DNA from: a virus
Lineage: Duplodnaviria > Caudoviricetes
Direction: 5' to 3' (one strand)
IMG/VR virus record: IMGVR_UViG_3300033179_000002
Location: 16,440 to 80,439 of that record
DNA: 64,000 bases
Position 1 is the stretch's first letter. The number at the start of each line of letters is the position of its first letter. This document shows positions 1 to 9,717 of the stretch, piece by piece. Made by a program: the position numbers and the translations under genes. The notes under the pieces were generated by a model. The model was not told where the DNA came from. It worked only from the letters and a program-made list of their open reading frames with translations, and did not search any database.

Positions 1-4
1 CGGC

Positions 5-667
5 ATGACGATCGCCGTCAACGATGGCACCGGCACGCAGCCAACGGACACCAACTACATCACGCTGAATACGTCGGTGGACGGCACCGGCTCCTACGCC
101 ACAGCCACACAGGCAACCGCCAACGTCCTGTCCTGGCATCCCGGCGCCGCTCTCATCGAGATCAACAACCTGACCAGCGCTAATCTCTACGTCGCCAACA
201 ACAACAACTGGCCCGGTTTGGCGATCGCCGCGAAACCGCACTATGTGACCTCGACCTTCGTGCTCGACAGCGACGACGCCAGCATCCTGGAGCGTGGCGA
301 ACGATCCTTGGCGATCACCTCCGATGTTGTCCAGCGGGAGGTCGACGCCCGCCGGCTGGCCCGGAACCTGAAAACCAACCTGATGCGCCCCACCGTGATC
401 ATCGGCGACAGCACCCGCGGCATCCCGCTCGCCGGGGACCCCCGCCGGCAGCCCGGCGACCTCGTCACCGTCCACGACGCCGAAACCGGCATCGACGACG
501 GCCTGTGGCGGGTGCAGAGCATCGAACACGCCGGGGACGGCGCGAAGTTCCGACAGTCCGCCGTGGTCAGACGCACCCTGCCCATCATGGTCATCGGTGC
601 GGGCCTGATCGGCCGCACCATCATCGGACCCGACAGCACCATCACAGATCCGGAGCTGGGACTATGA
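5..667 (+). CDS. Minor tail protein, C-terminal part (probably truncated by the window edge)
   Basis: Thr/Asn-rich; ends with a 'RGIPLAGDPRRQPGDLVTVHD...WRVQSIEH' tail-type segment; lies upstream of the lysis genes. Confidence 0.6.
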   Translation: MTIAVNDGTGTQPTDTNYITLNTSVDGTGSYATATQATANVLSWHPGAALIEINNLTSANLYVANNNNWPGLAIAAKPHYVTSTFVLDSDDASILERGERSLAITSDVVQREVDARRLARNLKTNLMRPTVIIGDSTRGIPLAGDPRRQPGDLVTVHDAETGIDDGLWRVQSIEHAGDGAKFRQSAVVRRTLPIMVIGAGLIGRTIIGPDSTITDPELGL

Positions 668-1206
668 CCGCAACCTACCCGATCGTCACCCTCGGTGACG
701 GCACTGTTTCCGATGCGGCCTGGTTCGCCAACATCACCGACTCGGCCAACGATCACGAGACCCGGCTGTCGGCCGCCGAGGCGACGATCGCCACATCCTC
801 AGCCTCCAACGTCGACCCGACGACGACACGGACCACCACCAGCACCAGCTTCACGACGACGCTGACCGCGGCGCAGATCTGCGGGGTGGCGTTCACCGCG
901 CCGACATCGGGCAAGGTGCTGATCACATGGCGGTGCACGCTGGCGAACTCGGCCAACAACTACACCGCATGCTCATTCGGCATCGCCACCGGCAGTGTCG
1001 TCGGTTCCGGGGTCGCATTCCTGGCGCCCGACGACGCCCGGACCGTATCCACCGACAGCAGCACCTTCGAAGGCCAGGGTGCCAGCGAATACGTCAGCGG
1101 CCTGACCTCCGGCAACGCCTACAATGTCGCCCTGTACCACCGGGTCGTCGCCGGCACCGGCTCATTCGTCCGGCGCACCGCAACAGTGATCCCCCTTCTG
1201 GCCTGA
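664..1206 (+). CDS. Minor tail / tail-tip protein
   Basis: ATGA overlap with previous stop; short coiled segment then Thr/Ser-rich beta domain, typical of actinophage tail proteins. Confidence 0.55.
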   Translation: MTATYPIVTLGDGTVSDAAWFANITDSANDHETRLSAAEATIATSSASNVDPTTTRTTTSTSFTTTLTAAQICGVAFTAPTSGKVLITWRCTLANSANNYTACSFGIATGSVVGSGVAFLAPDDARTVSTDSSTFEGQGASEYVSGLTSGNAYNVALYHRVVAGTGSFVRRTATVIPLLA

Positions 1207-1242
1207 TCTTTCCCCCGCGCACCGCACCAGGGAGGCATACGC

Positions 1243-1605
1243 ATGTGGCAGCGGCTTGACGACGAACATGGAAAACGGGTCGAGGCGGAACCCCTCGGCC
1301 ACGGCACCGTGCTGGCCGGTGTCGACGACCCGCGCGACGGGACACCGGTGACGATGCAGCGATGGCGGCACACCGACGGCCGGCTTGCCGTGCACGTCTC
1401 GGATGCGGATCCGGAACTTCTGGAGCTCAGTGCAGGCCGCGACATCATCGCCGAATACGACCTGCCGGGCGTCCTGACCGTTCCGAACCCCGTCGACCCG
1501 CTTGACGGCGCCCGCCCGGTCCGGTACGTCGCCGCCAACTTCGAACCCCCGGCGGACAGCGGCAGCGAACCCGACTGCTGGGCCCTGCTCTACGGCTGGT
1601 CCTGA
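1243..1605 (+). CDS. Hypothetical protein
   Basis: GGGAGG RBS; co-directional between tail and lysin genes. Confidence 0.55.
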   Translation: MWQRLDDEHGKRVEAEPLGHGTVLAGVDDPRDGTPVTMQRWRHTDGRLAVHVSDADPELLELSAGRDIIAEYDLPGVLTVPNPVDPLDGARPVRYVAANFEPPADSGSEPDCWALLYGWS

Positions 1606-1656
1606 GCGTACTGGCCAGCAGGATCCGCAGGCCTTACCCTCAGTACGGATGTTCGA

Positions 1657-2646
1657 ATGATGGGAGGCATGGTCGTGGCGGTCAATCCGGCAGACCCGTA
1701 CTACCGGGCGGAGACGGTGCCGCCGAGCATCAAGACGCTTGGCGCGCACCTCTGCGCCTTCTACGCCGTCGGTGTCGACAACTTCGGCGACCGCGGCAAC
1801 CTGGCACACGTCGACGGCTACCACCGGTCCCGGCGCTACAACCAGGTGCACGCCCCCGGCAACTATTCGGTGCAGTTGGCGCTCGACAAGGCCGGTGACG
1901 GCAACACGATCCGGGCCTTCGACATCACCCCCGGTGTCTGGGGTTCGGCGGATAACCGGGCCAAGATGATGCAGATGACGAGGCGGATGCGGGTCGCCGC
2001 GAAGGCGCACGATCCGCGGATCCGCACGCTGCGGGAGTTTGCCGGCACCGAAGACGGCGTCCACGTCGTCACCATCGACATGCAGACCGGCGCCGACCGC
2101 ACACCGTTCGACGCAAGCCACCTCGACCACGGCCACGGCAGCATCTTCACCGCCTACGCCGCCGAGGATCACACCGGCATCTTCGAGGTGCTGACCGGCA
2201 CCGCAGTTCTGAGCACGGAGGAGGATGAACCCATGGCGAACACGTGGACCCAGCCGCTCACCCAGGGCACCCCCGGCTACGCCGGCCAGCAGCGCGACAC
2301 CGCCCTGGCGTTCACCTGGCAGGCCAGCAACGAGGCCGCCCAGGGCGTGAGCAAACTGCTCGCCGCCGCCGAGGCCGACGAGGTCCGCGACAAGGCGGCC
2401 CTGGCCGCGATCCAGGCCCTGGCGACCGCCGGGGGTGTCGACGGGGCGCCGATCGTGGCCGCCGTCAACGCCGTCCGCGACGAGGCGCGCGCGCGGTTCG
2501 CCGAGCTCGCCACCGCGGTGCACGACGCCGAGATGCGGGCGACCGCCGCCGAACTGGCGCGCGACGAGCTGGAACGCGAGCTGGCGGCGGCGTACGCGAA
2601 GGCGGCCGGCGGCCCGGCCCAGACCCCCGGGTCCGGCAGTGGGTGA
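1657..2646 (+). CDS. Putative endolysin (N-terminal His/Asp peptidase-like domain, C-terminal helical region)
   Basis: GYHRS...AFDI...HLDHGHGS motif pattern; position between tail and membrane-protein genes; exact start uncertain. Confidence 0.65.
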   Translation: MMGGMVVAVNPADPYYRAETVPPSIKTLGAHLCAFYAVGVDNFGDRGNLAHVDGYHRSRRYNQVHAPGNYSVQLALDKAGDGNTIRAFDITPGVWGSADNRAKMMQMTRRMRVAAKAHDPRIRTLREFAGTEDGVHVVTIDMQTGADRTPFDASHLDHGHGSIFTAYAAEDHTGIFEVLTGTAVLSTEEDEPMANTWTQPLTQGTPGYAGQQRDTALAFTWQASNEAAQGVSKLLAAAEADEVRDKAALAAIQALATAGGVDGAPIVAAVNAVRDEARARFAELATAVHDAEMRATAAELARDELERELAAAYAKAAGGPAQTPGSGSG

Positions 2647-2915
2647 GCACTCGGCGTGGGCTCCCCTTCCGCAGAGACATCCCGCTGTTTCTGCTCGGAG
2701 CGATCGGCATCGGCTACCAACAGGTGACCGAGCGGTACTACCTGCCGTTGATGGTGCTCTACGGCCTCATGGTCGGGGTGCCGGGACTGGCACAGCTCAT
2801 CCTGGCGCTACGCGGGTTGGCGGCGCCGGACGAGGACCCGGACAGTGGAACTACCTCTATGCCGTCATCGTCGGGGCCGCTTCCGCAATCGCAGTCCTCT
2901 ACATCCTCACCCTGA
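2643..2915 (+). CDS. Lysis-cassette membrane protein
   Basis: GTGA overlap with lysin stop; two hydrophobic segments. Confidence 0.55.
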   Translation: MSTRRGLPFRRDIPLFLLGAIGIGYQQVTERYYLPLMVLYGLMVGVPGLAQLILALRGLAAPDEDPDSGTTSMPSSSGPLPQSQSSTSSP

Positions 2916-2941
2916 TCCTGCAACATCACGGAGGGTAACCC

Positions 2942-3223
2942 GTGACCCGTCGTCAGCTAGCGTATTTCGCCCTGGTTCAGGCCGTGATGTTCTTTGCGCT
3001 CGCTTTCGGCGGATACGGGTACACCAACTACGTCGATCACAAGCGGGTGCAGGGCGAGCGTGCGGCGGCGCTCGAACGCCAACGCCAGTCCGAGATCACC
3101 CTCAAGGTCATCTGTGACATGGCGACCGCGCAGGAGGATGTGTTCCGCGACTCAACCGGTCAGATCGGGTTGAAGGCGTTCAACGCCTGGCAGGCCCTGG
3201 CCACCCAGTTCCACTGTGAATAG
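2942..3223 (+). CDS. Lysis-cassette membrane protein (one TM helix, Cys pair)
   Basis: N-terminal TM, coiled region, C..C near the C-terminus. Confidence 0.55.
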   Translation: MTRRQLAYFALVQAVMFFALAFGGYGYTNYVDHKRVQGERAAALERQRQSEITLKVICDMATAQEDVFRDSTGQIGLKAFNAWQALATQFHCE

Positions 3224-3245
3224 CACACACGTTCGAGGAGGCATC

Positions 3246-3536
3246 ATGTCCGTCCCCGCTCCGGCCGGCTCCCGGCCGCGCCCCGTCCTGCTCTACGGCA
3301 TGATCAACACCGCCGTGCTCGCCTTCCTCGGCGGCGCCGGTGCCGTCGACCTCATCCCGGTCAAGGTCGTCGCGCTCGTCGCGCTCGCCTGGGCCGTCGT
3401 CGGCGGCGCCTGGGCGTTCTACGTCCAGTCGGTCACCACGCCCGTCAGCAGCCCGCAGGACGCCCGCGGCGTGCCGCTGGTGCCACTGGACGCCGTGGAT
3501 GCCGGCACCGGCGGAACGCCCACCACGACGAGTTGA
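3246..3536 (+). CDS. Putative holin
   Basis: GAGGAGG RBS; two TM helices followed by VTTPV motif; end of lysis cassette. Confidence 0.65.
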   Translation: MSVPAPAGSRPRPVLLYGMINTAVLAFLGGAGAVDLIPVKVVALVALAWAVVGGAWAFYVQSVTTPVSSPQDARGVPLVPLDAVDAGTGGTPTTTS

Positions 3537-3561
3537 CACATGATGTGTCACACGATAGCCT
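3533..3561 (+). promoter_or_regulatory. Promoter TTGACA-17-TAGCCT with overlapping 17-bp palindrome (3534-3550)
   Basis: TGACACATGATGTGTCA read directly; sigma70-type spacing. Confidence 0.8.
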
Positions 3562-3588
3562 GAGGCCTTTCACCACCTGGGAGGCCCC

Positions 3589-4224
3589 ATGTCGGACCCC
3601 GTTCTGCCGCCGCATGTCGTCGGCGTCGACCTGTCCCTGACCGCCACCGGGCTCGCCTGGCCGGACCACCACACCGACAGCCTGGGCGCCACCGGGCTCA
3701 CCAATCCGCGGATGTCCCTCGACGAGCGCGTCAGTGGCCTCGACGCCCTCGCCGAACGGCTGTACTACGCCATCACCGGCCGCCGGGCCATCTTCGACCA
3801 CTGGCTGCCCCGGCTCGTCGTCATCGAAAACCTGCCGACCGGAGGCACCGCGGGTGGCGTGGTCAGCACCGAGAAAGGCTACGTGTGGTGGCGGGTCGTC
3901 TACCTGCTCACCGGCCTCGGCATCCCCGTCCTGGACGTCTCACCGGCCACGGGAAAGCTGTACGCCTGCGGCATGGGCAACGCCAACAAGCGCGAGGTCA
4001 TCGCAGGCATCCAGGAATTCTTCCCCGAGTGGGAGATCCACAAGACGAGCAAGGCCGGCAAGGTGCTGACCACGGTGGACGATAACAAGGCCGACGCCGT
4101 ACCCCTCATGGCGCTGGGCTGTGAACTGCTCGGGGAACCCCTCGTGGAGCTGCCCGCCAAACACCGCAAGGCCCTCGACAAGCTGGAGCTGCCGCCAGGG
4201 GTGCGCCGCCGAATTGACACATGA
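3589..4224 (+). CDS. RuvC-like Holliday junction resolvase
   Basis: VGVDLSLTATG, VVIEN and DNKADA catalytic-type motifs. Confidence 0.8.
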   Translation: MSDPVLPPHVVGVDLSLTATGLAWPDHHTDSLGATGLTNPRMSLDERVSGLDALAERLYYAITGRRAIFDHWLPRLVVIENLPTGGTAGGVVSTEKGYVWWRVVYLLTGLGIPVLDVSPATGKLYACGMGNANKREVIAGIQEFFPEWEIHKTSKAGKVLTTVDDNKADAVPLMALGCELLGEPLVELPAKHRKALDKLELPPGVRRRIDT

Positions 4225-4242
4225 TGTGTCAGTTGATAGTCT
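4214..4242 (+). promoter_or_regulatory. Promoter TTGACA-17-TAGTCT with palindrome (4215-4231)
   Basis: Perfect TGACACA-TGA-TGTGTCA. Confidence 0.8.
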
Positions 4243-4269
4243 GGGGTCTCCACCAGCAAGGAGGCCCCA

Positions 4270-4809
4270 GTGCAGATCACCATCCCGCTCGACGGCATCG
4301 CGTTGCCGATCGTTTCCGCCACCCCCGCCAGGCCCCGCAACGCAGGCCCCCGCATCTGGATCGACTCAAGCAAGCAGGGCGGCCGGTGCACCGTCAAGAT
4401 CATGTTGACCGGCACCGACATGGATATGATCAACTTGATTGATCAGCTCCACCTCCTAATCCACGATCGGCAGGACATGCCCGCCGTGACCGCCCTGCAT
4501 GACATGCTCTGCGACCGGACCTCCCTGGTCGCCCGCACGTGGCCCCCGACCCCGGCCGGGCGTTCGCGCGCCGACGAGGACTACCCGCAGGACGGCCGGG
4601 ACCACGTCCACGGTCCCGCGATCCTGGAGCACCTGCAGCGCAAAGGCACCATCGACTTCCCTGACGACGACCCGCGCGCCGAGATGCTGTACAGCATGGC
4701 GGAATACATGCTGACCATCCAGCAGTACCGCGACTGGTCCGCCGCCCGGTACGCCGCACAGGTCCGGGCCGCTGCGGTCGTCGACAACAACGGCGAGAAC
4801 GACACCTGA
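4270..4809 (+). CDS. Hypothetical protein
   Basis: AAGGAGG RBS downstream of promoter. Confidence 0.5.
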   Translation: MQITIPLDGIALPIVSATPARPRNAGPRIWIDSSKQGGRCTVKIMLTGTDMDMINLIDQLHLLIHDRQDMPAVTALHDMLCDRTSLVARTWPPTPAGRSRADEDYPQDGRDHVHGPAILEHLQRKGTIDFPDDDPRAEMLYSMAEYMLTIQQYRDWSAARYAAQVRAAAVVDNNGENDT

Positions 4810-4814
4810 CCAAC

Positions 4815-4862
4815 ACGACAGCACCCCCGGCCGCCTACGCAGGTGACCGGGGGTGCTGTCGT
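4815..4862. terminator. 16-bp perfect hairpin, probable terminator
   Basis: ACGACAGCACCCCCGG / CCGGGGGTGCTGTCGT just after a stop codon. Confidence 0.7.
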
Positions 4863-4890
4863 CGGTACGCTGACGGCGGAGGTGATCGAC

Positions 4891-5076
4891 ATGCCCGGAC
4901 GCCAGAAACACGGCCTGCCCAACGGCTTCGTCTCAAAAGCCCAATGGCGCTATTTCTTCGCAAACCCGCGCCTGCGCAAATACGCCAAAAAGGAAGCCCA
5001 CAAGGTGATAGCCCGATGGGGGAAAGTATCCGGATACCGGGCACTTCCCCGCCGGAAAGGCGTCCGTCGACGCTGA
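4891..5076 (+). CDS. Small basic protein
   Basis: GGAGG RBS; Arg/Lys-rich, 61 aa. Confidence 0.55.
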   Translation: MPGRQKHGLPNGFVSKAQWRYFFANPRLRKYAKKEAHKVIARWGKVSGYRALPRRKGVRRR

Positions 5077-5113
5077 ACGTTACCGCCGCCGCCCCACCGG
5101 GTACCACCAGGCC

Positions 5114-5260
5114 ATGACCATCCAACTCCTGCTCTGGATCATCGCCACCGTGCTCTTCACCGTCGCGACCTTCGCACCGGCGGCAGGAGCCCCGCGGTTC
5201 AACGTGCTCGCCGCGGGGCTTGCCTTCCTCGCCGCCGGCTTCGTCGCCGGGGCCCTCTAA
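5114..5260 (+). CDS. Small two-TM membrane protein (48 aa, not in ORF track)
   Basis: Hand translation MTIQLLLWIIATVLFTVATFAPAAGAPRFNVLAAGLAFLAAGFVAGAL. Confidence 0.55.
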   Translation: MTIQLLLWIIATVLFTVATFAPAAGAPRFNVLAAGLAFLAAGFVAGAL

Positions 5261-5640
5261 ACCTCGTCGTCCGGCTCGACGTCAACCGGCACGGCATGGC
5301 GCGGCCCCTCGGCGGGCGGCAGCGGCTCGAACGCCGCCGGAGCATCCTCCAGGGCCGCCGGCACCTGCAGCGGCTCCCAGCTGGACGGCACCTGCAGCGG
5401 CTCCCAGCGGGACGGCACCTGCAGCGGCTCCCAGCGGGACGGCAGCGGTGTCAGCGTCGGGCCGTTGGCGACCATGACGGCGGCGTCGGCCGCCATCCGG
5501 AACGATTCACGCACCCGCTCCGGCATGTCCCCCCAGCGGTAAGACTCGCCGGCCACGTTCTGCGGATCACCCATCCCCCTCCGCCAGGCCTCATAGGCGG
5601 CCTGTCCCGCCAGTTCAAGCTTATGCCGGTCCAGGATCAT
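5257..5640 (-). CDS. Hypothetical protein with 9-aa tandem repeat
   Basis: Last gene of leftward operon; GAGGGGAG RBS. Confidence 0.5.
   Translation of the reverse strand: MILDRHKLELAGQAAYEAWRRGMGDPQNVAGESYRWGDMPERVRESFRMAADAAVMVANGPTLTPLPSRWEPLQVPSRWEPLQVPSSWEPLQVPAALEDAPAAFEPLPPAEGPRHAVPVDVEPDDEV
5360..5440. repeat. 27-bp tandem repeat x3 (PSRWEPLQV)
   Basis: GGCACCTGCAGCGGCTCCCAGCKGGAC x3. Confidence 0.9.
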
Positions 5641-6901
5641 CGGTGCTCCCCTCGGTCGGTTCCTGCGTCTCGGGCGCCTGCCGCCCCTCGGGCGCCGGCA
5701 TGCGCTCCGACTTCGAACCGTACCGGCCGTCAGGCTCGTCCGGGCTGTACGGCCGGTCGCGGTGCCACCAGACGTGCGGGCTGTCGATGTGCACCTTGAG
5801 CTCGCGGGTCTCGTATTCGTCGTACAGATCCTGTTCCCTGTGGCCGGTGCCGTCCGGCTCGCTGTCGAGGTCATGCGCCGACCGGGGGAACTTCGACACC
5901 CCCACCGGCTTGATCATGATGCAGCCCTGATCGAGCACTGTCGAGGTGATGACCGCCGGGGTCCGGTCATAGTAGATCCGGCGGCCGGTGAGCTGCTCCG
6001 CGAATGGCCGCGAATCCTGGAAGTCGAGCCCGGAGCAGCCGCCCTCGAAGCTGTTGTCGAGCAGTGCGGACACCTTGCGTTCGATCGCGCGCAGCGTGGC
6101 CGGCACGTCCCGGCCGATGTAGCCGCCGTAGACCGGCTGCCGGTTCAGCTTGATCAGCCACTCCCCGCCGGGCTGAATCTCGTCGCGGCCCTTCCAGTCG
6201 TTGACCTCGCGCCGGTTGCTGGTGTGCAGCTCGACGTCGACCTGTACCTGGTGGCCGTCGAACTGTGACCAGTGCGTGCCGTCGCCGGACACGTCGGCCC
6301 ACCACCAGTTCCGGCGATTGCGGTTGAATTCGTCGGGACTGGCCATGGCCAGCTGAGCCGTCTTCGCCGGGCGGGGGAGCCCGTGCCAGCCCATGAACTT
6401 CTCCGGGTCGTGCTCGCCGAGCCAGTGATCGATCTGGGCTCGCGTCTGTGCCGGTGTGTCCATGCCGTAGTGGCGGACCTCGGCCAGCAGCCGCCGCGCC
6501 TGCTCCAGCATGTACATCCCCCACTCCCGGTCCAGCTCCCGCGGCTCCGACACCTCGGCGTACTGCGGTTTGCCGTTGAGGTTCAGGCCGTCGGGGACGT
6601 AGTGGTCGTTGCGGTCCCGGTAGGCGCGCTTGAAACCCTGCGCTTTGAAGGCCACGTCGGTGAGCCGGTTCAGCTCCCAGGCCCCGTCCTCGCCACGGAC
6701 ACCGGTGATCCACTCAGTGGGCCGGACATAGCAGGCCTGCCCGTCGCCGCAGGACAGCTCCAGCATGTCCGGGGCGCCGTCGGGGGACAGGTCGGGGAGA
6801 AGCTCGACCCGGTCGGCGCCGAAACGCTCCTGCAGCTCGGCGAGGTTATCGCCGGTCCACTGGATCGCCTCCAGCTCGACGGCCGGTGCGCGGTACCTCA
6901 C
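5621..6901 (-). CDS. Hypothetical phage protein
   Basis: N-terminal 'YRAPAVELEAIQWTG' resembles a common phage domain; GTGA coupling. Confidence 0.55.
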   Translation of the reverse strand: MRYRAPAVELEAIQWTGDNLAELQERFGADRVELLPDLSPDGAPDMLELSCGDGQACYVRPTEWITGVRGEDGAWELNRLTDVAFKAQGFKRAYRDRNDHYVPDGLNLNGKPQYAEVSEPRELDREWGMYMLEQARRLLAEVRHYGMDTPAQTRAQIDHWLGEHDPEKFMGWHGLPRPAKTAQLAMASPDEFNRNRRNWWWADVSGDGTHWSQFDGHQVQVDVELHTSNRREVNDWKGRDEIQPGGEWLIKLNRQPVYGGYIGRDVPATLRAIERKVSALLDNSFEGGCSGLDFQDSRPFAEQLTGRRIYYDRTPAVITSTVLDQGCIMIKPVGVSKFPRSAHDLDSEPDGTGHREQDLYDEYETRELKVHIDSPHVWWHRDRPYSPDEPDGRYGSKSERMPAPEGRQAPETQEPTEGSTDDPGPA

Positions 6902-7089
6902 GCCAGATCACCGCGCCGGATACGCGCCACCAGTGCCTTGCCGATGACGGTAGCCCGGGTGTCGTCGAATACGCCGGTGGGCGTCTCCGTCCAGCACATC
7001 GAAGCACCGCCGAGCGCCTCGAACACCGCGGTTTCTACCGTCAGCGGCTCGCCCTCACGCTCCGTGAATTCGAACGTCTGTTCGTCCAT
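6898..7089 (-). CDS. Hypothetical protein
   Basis: GGGAGG RBS; translationally coupled. Confidence 0.5.
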   Translation of the reverse strand: MDEQTFEFTEREGEPLTVETAVFEALGGASMCWTETPTGVFDDTRATVIGKALVARIRRGDLA

Positions 7090-7090
7090 G

Positions 7091-7804
7091 TCAGCCTCCC
7101 AGGTTGTGATCATCGGTGAAACCTTCAGGTGCGCGCCAGTGCCCGTATTGGGCGTGCGCGGCGTAATACGCCTGCTCGACCGTCGGATTGGCGCTGTCCT
7201 CATACCAGGGCAGATGCCGGGCCACATACGGGGGCCGCATCCGCAACGCCGTGCCGGTCGTGAACGGCTCAAACCACCGGTACATGGCCAGCGTCGTATC
7301 AATGTCGGCGACCACCGCCCGGCCGTCAGCCGGCGTGAAATCGGCAAGACCGCCATCCTCGACCGCCTGATATTTGCGCTCCCACTCCCGCACCGTGCCG
7401 GCATGCTCGAAGCGGTCGGGCAGGTCGTCGGTGCGCAGCCCCAACCCGGCCTTACGCGCCGACGGCAGCCGGTCGAGTAGCGCGCCGAGCTGTTTGACCC
7501 AGTCGCCGGGACAGCCCTCATCCGGCACCACATCGCAGTCGGTGACAATGAACCGCTCCCCGGCGGACACCCGGCATTCGATGACTCCGCCAGGTGTCCA
7601 GAGGTCGCGGGGATGCCGGTTCGGCCACCACGACACCTCAAACGCCGCCGAGCTCTCGACATCATGGGCGCACAGCCAGTCGAGCATAGGCTGATACGTC
7701 GAACCATGATCGACGGCGACGACATCCAGACCGGCCAGCCACATTGCCTCAATGCACCGCCGCGCATACGTCACGCGGTCCCTGCAGATAACGAACGCCT
7801 TCAA
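7091..7804 (-). CDS. Glycosyltransferase family 2-like (GT-A)
   Basis: VICRDR...VDHGST start motif; VTDCDV DxD motif. Confidence 0.75.
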   Translation of the reverse strand: MKAFVICRDRVTYARRCIEAMWLAGLDVVAVDHGSTYQPMLDWLCAHDVESSAAFEVSWWPNRHPRDLWTPGGVIECRVSAGERFIVTDCDVVPDEGCPGDWVKQLGALLDRLPSARKAGLGLRTDDLPDRFEHAGTVREWERKYQAVEDGGLADFTPADGRAVVADIDTTLAMYRWFEPFTTGTALRMRPPYVARHLPWYEDSANPTVEQAYYAAHAQYGHWRAPEGFTDDHNLGG

Positions 7805-7816
7805 TGTCTTCCCTTC

Positions 7817-8479
7817 CTACTGTGCCGGCATGGCGTTGGGGCCGTCACCAAGATGCGGATGACCCGACGTGTTGGCGCTGTGCACCCGGTATGTCCACGT
7901 CACCTCGCCGGTGCCGACAAACCGCGCACCGAGATCACGCAACCCGAGAATCATCCGCCAGTCCTCCCCCGACCAGTCGACATGCAGGGCGTCACCGGCA
8001 AACCCGACCCGCTTCGCCAACTCGGTGCGGACCGTTAACGTCATCGTCAGATGATGCGGATCAGCCGGATCGAACCGGCGCCCCCGATGCATCGGAAAAG
8101 GATCATTGCCGTCGAACCAGCTGTAGGCGACATCGGCGCCCGACTCATGCAGCAGATCACAATGCGTCTGCAGGTGATGCGGATACCAGACGTCATCGCT
8201 ATCCAGGAAAGACACCCATTCGGTGTCAACCCCGTCAAGGGCACGCTGCCGGGTGAACGCCGCCCCCCGCCCCTCCAGGTCGCAGGCGATCGACAGGCCA
8301 CCCGACGGCTGCACCGTCTGGCGGAAAACACTCGCCACCGCCTGACCCAGCAGCGATCCGCCGTCGAACGCGTCACCGCGGGCCGGATGGGTGGGGATCG
8401 CCACCGTCACCGGCACCACCGTCCGGCCGGCCACATCGAACGACACCATGCGATGCGCCTCGAATCCCGCGGCCGTCAC
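7817..8479 (-). CDS. Glycosyltransferase family 2 (GT-A)
   Basis: VAIPTHP, VSFLDSDD, GEDW, TWTYRVH motifs; GTGA overlap. Confidence 0.85.
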   Translation of the reverse strand: MTAAGFEAHRMVSFDVAGRTVVPVTVAIPTHPARGDAFDGGSLLGQAVASVFRQTVQPSGGLSIACDLEGRGAAFTRQRALDGVDTEWVSFLDSDDVWYPHHLQTHCDLLHESGADVAYSWFDGNDPFPMHRGRRFDPADPHHLTMTLTVRTELAKRVGFAGDALHVDWSGEDWRMILGLRDLGARFVGTGEVTWTYRVHSANTSGHPHLGDGPNAMPAQ

Positions 8480-9717
8480 AGCAGCACCGGCGCCGGAAAC
8501 GGCACCAGCCACTGACCACCGGTGGTCGTGAACCGCGCCTCCTGGCGCATGATCGGCCCCGCATAGTTCCACGCCGACAGCAGATAAACGTCGGGCCGCC
8601 CGGCATCCCCGGACACCGGCGCCACGATCGGAATCGACGTACCCGGCAGATAGCGGCCCTGCTTCGCCGTCGTCGTGTCCTGGATCCAGGCGATATCCTC
8701 CACGTCGAGATCGCAGAACGCGGCAAGCGTGGTCAGCTTCGCCGGGGCACCGTAGGCCGCCTTCGTCCGGCCCAGCAGACCCGACAGGAGATCCCACAAC
8801 CGCTCCCGCACCTGCTCCGCGCGGCCCTGCATGCCGGCATAGGTCGCCGGTTCAGTCAGCCAGCGTTCCCGTGCTATACAGCGGACACCGGCATGTTGGA
8901 TGTCGGCGTCGGCGCCAGGCCGGAACCAGGCCCGCAGCGAACCGCCCTGCCTCCCCGTGGTCAGATGCGTGTCGTACACGAGACCGTGCCGTCCGGCGGC
9001 GGCGCACAGCGATGCGAGGGAGAAAAAGTTGCGGTGCTCGTGATAGATGAGATCGAAAGCGTTGTTGAGCAACAGATCCGGCAGATACTGCACCTCGAAC
9101 ACGGCCCGGCCGTCGTCGGCCAGGAGATGCCGGACCCCGGCCAGGAAGTCTGAGACATCCTCGACGTGGGCCAGGACATGGTTTGCGACAACCAGATCGG
9201 CGGGACCGCGGGTGCTGCGCAGCGTCTCCGCGGTCGACAGCCCGAACGGCTCACCGACGACGTCGAGTCCACGACTGCGGGCCACGGCAACCGGGCCGGC
9301 CGCCGGGTCGACACCGTATGCGCAGACCCCGGCGGCCACGAAATGCCGCAGCATGTCGCCGTCGTTGCAGCCGATCTCGACGACACTGCGCCCGGGCGCG
9401 AGCATGGCAAGATCGTCGTCGTTGATCAGGTCCCGGGCGTAGTCGGCGTGGTAGGCGGACAGCGGCGCCGACGCCGAACTGTGGAAGCTGTAGCCGGTAC
9501 CGAACAGGGTCTTGCCGTCAAGGATGTCGACGAGCTGCACCAGCCGGCACGAGGCGCATACCGCGGCGCGCAGCGGAAACCGCTCCACCTGGCTCCCCGG
9601 GAGCCTGGCCGGATGGATGGTGTAGGCGTCGGCGACCGGCGACATCCCCAGGTCCAGGAACAGGTCGAGGCCGGTTGAGCCGCAGGCGGTACACGCCCTA
9701 CGGACGGTGTGGGTCAT
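8476..9717 (-). CDS. SAM-dependent NDP-hexose C-methyltransferase-like protein
   Basis: CTACG Zn site, LDLGMSPVADAY, VEIGCNDG, NHVLAHV, IYHEH, YGAPAK, LSAWNY. Confidence 0.85.
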   Translation of the reverse strand: MTHTVRRACTACGSTGLDLFLDLGMSPVADAYTIHPARLPGSQVERFPLRAAVCASCRLVQLVDILDGKTLFGTGYSFHSSASAPLSAYHADYARDLINDDDLAMLAPGRSVVEIGCNDGDMLRHFVAAGVCAYGVDPAAGPVAVARSRGLDVVGEPFGLSTAETLRSTRGPADLVVANHVLAHVEDVSDFLAGVRHLLADDGRAVFEVQYLPDLLLNNAFDLIYHEHRNFFSLASLCAAAGRHGLVYDTHLTTGRQGGSLRAWFRPGADADIQHAGVRCIARERWLTEPATYAGMQGRAEQVRERLWDLLSGLLGRTKAAYGAPAKLTTLAAFCDLDVEDIAWIQDTTTAKQGRYLPGTSIPIVAPVSGDAGRPDVYLLSAWNYAGPIMRQEARFTTTGGQWLVPFPAPVLL

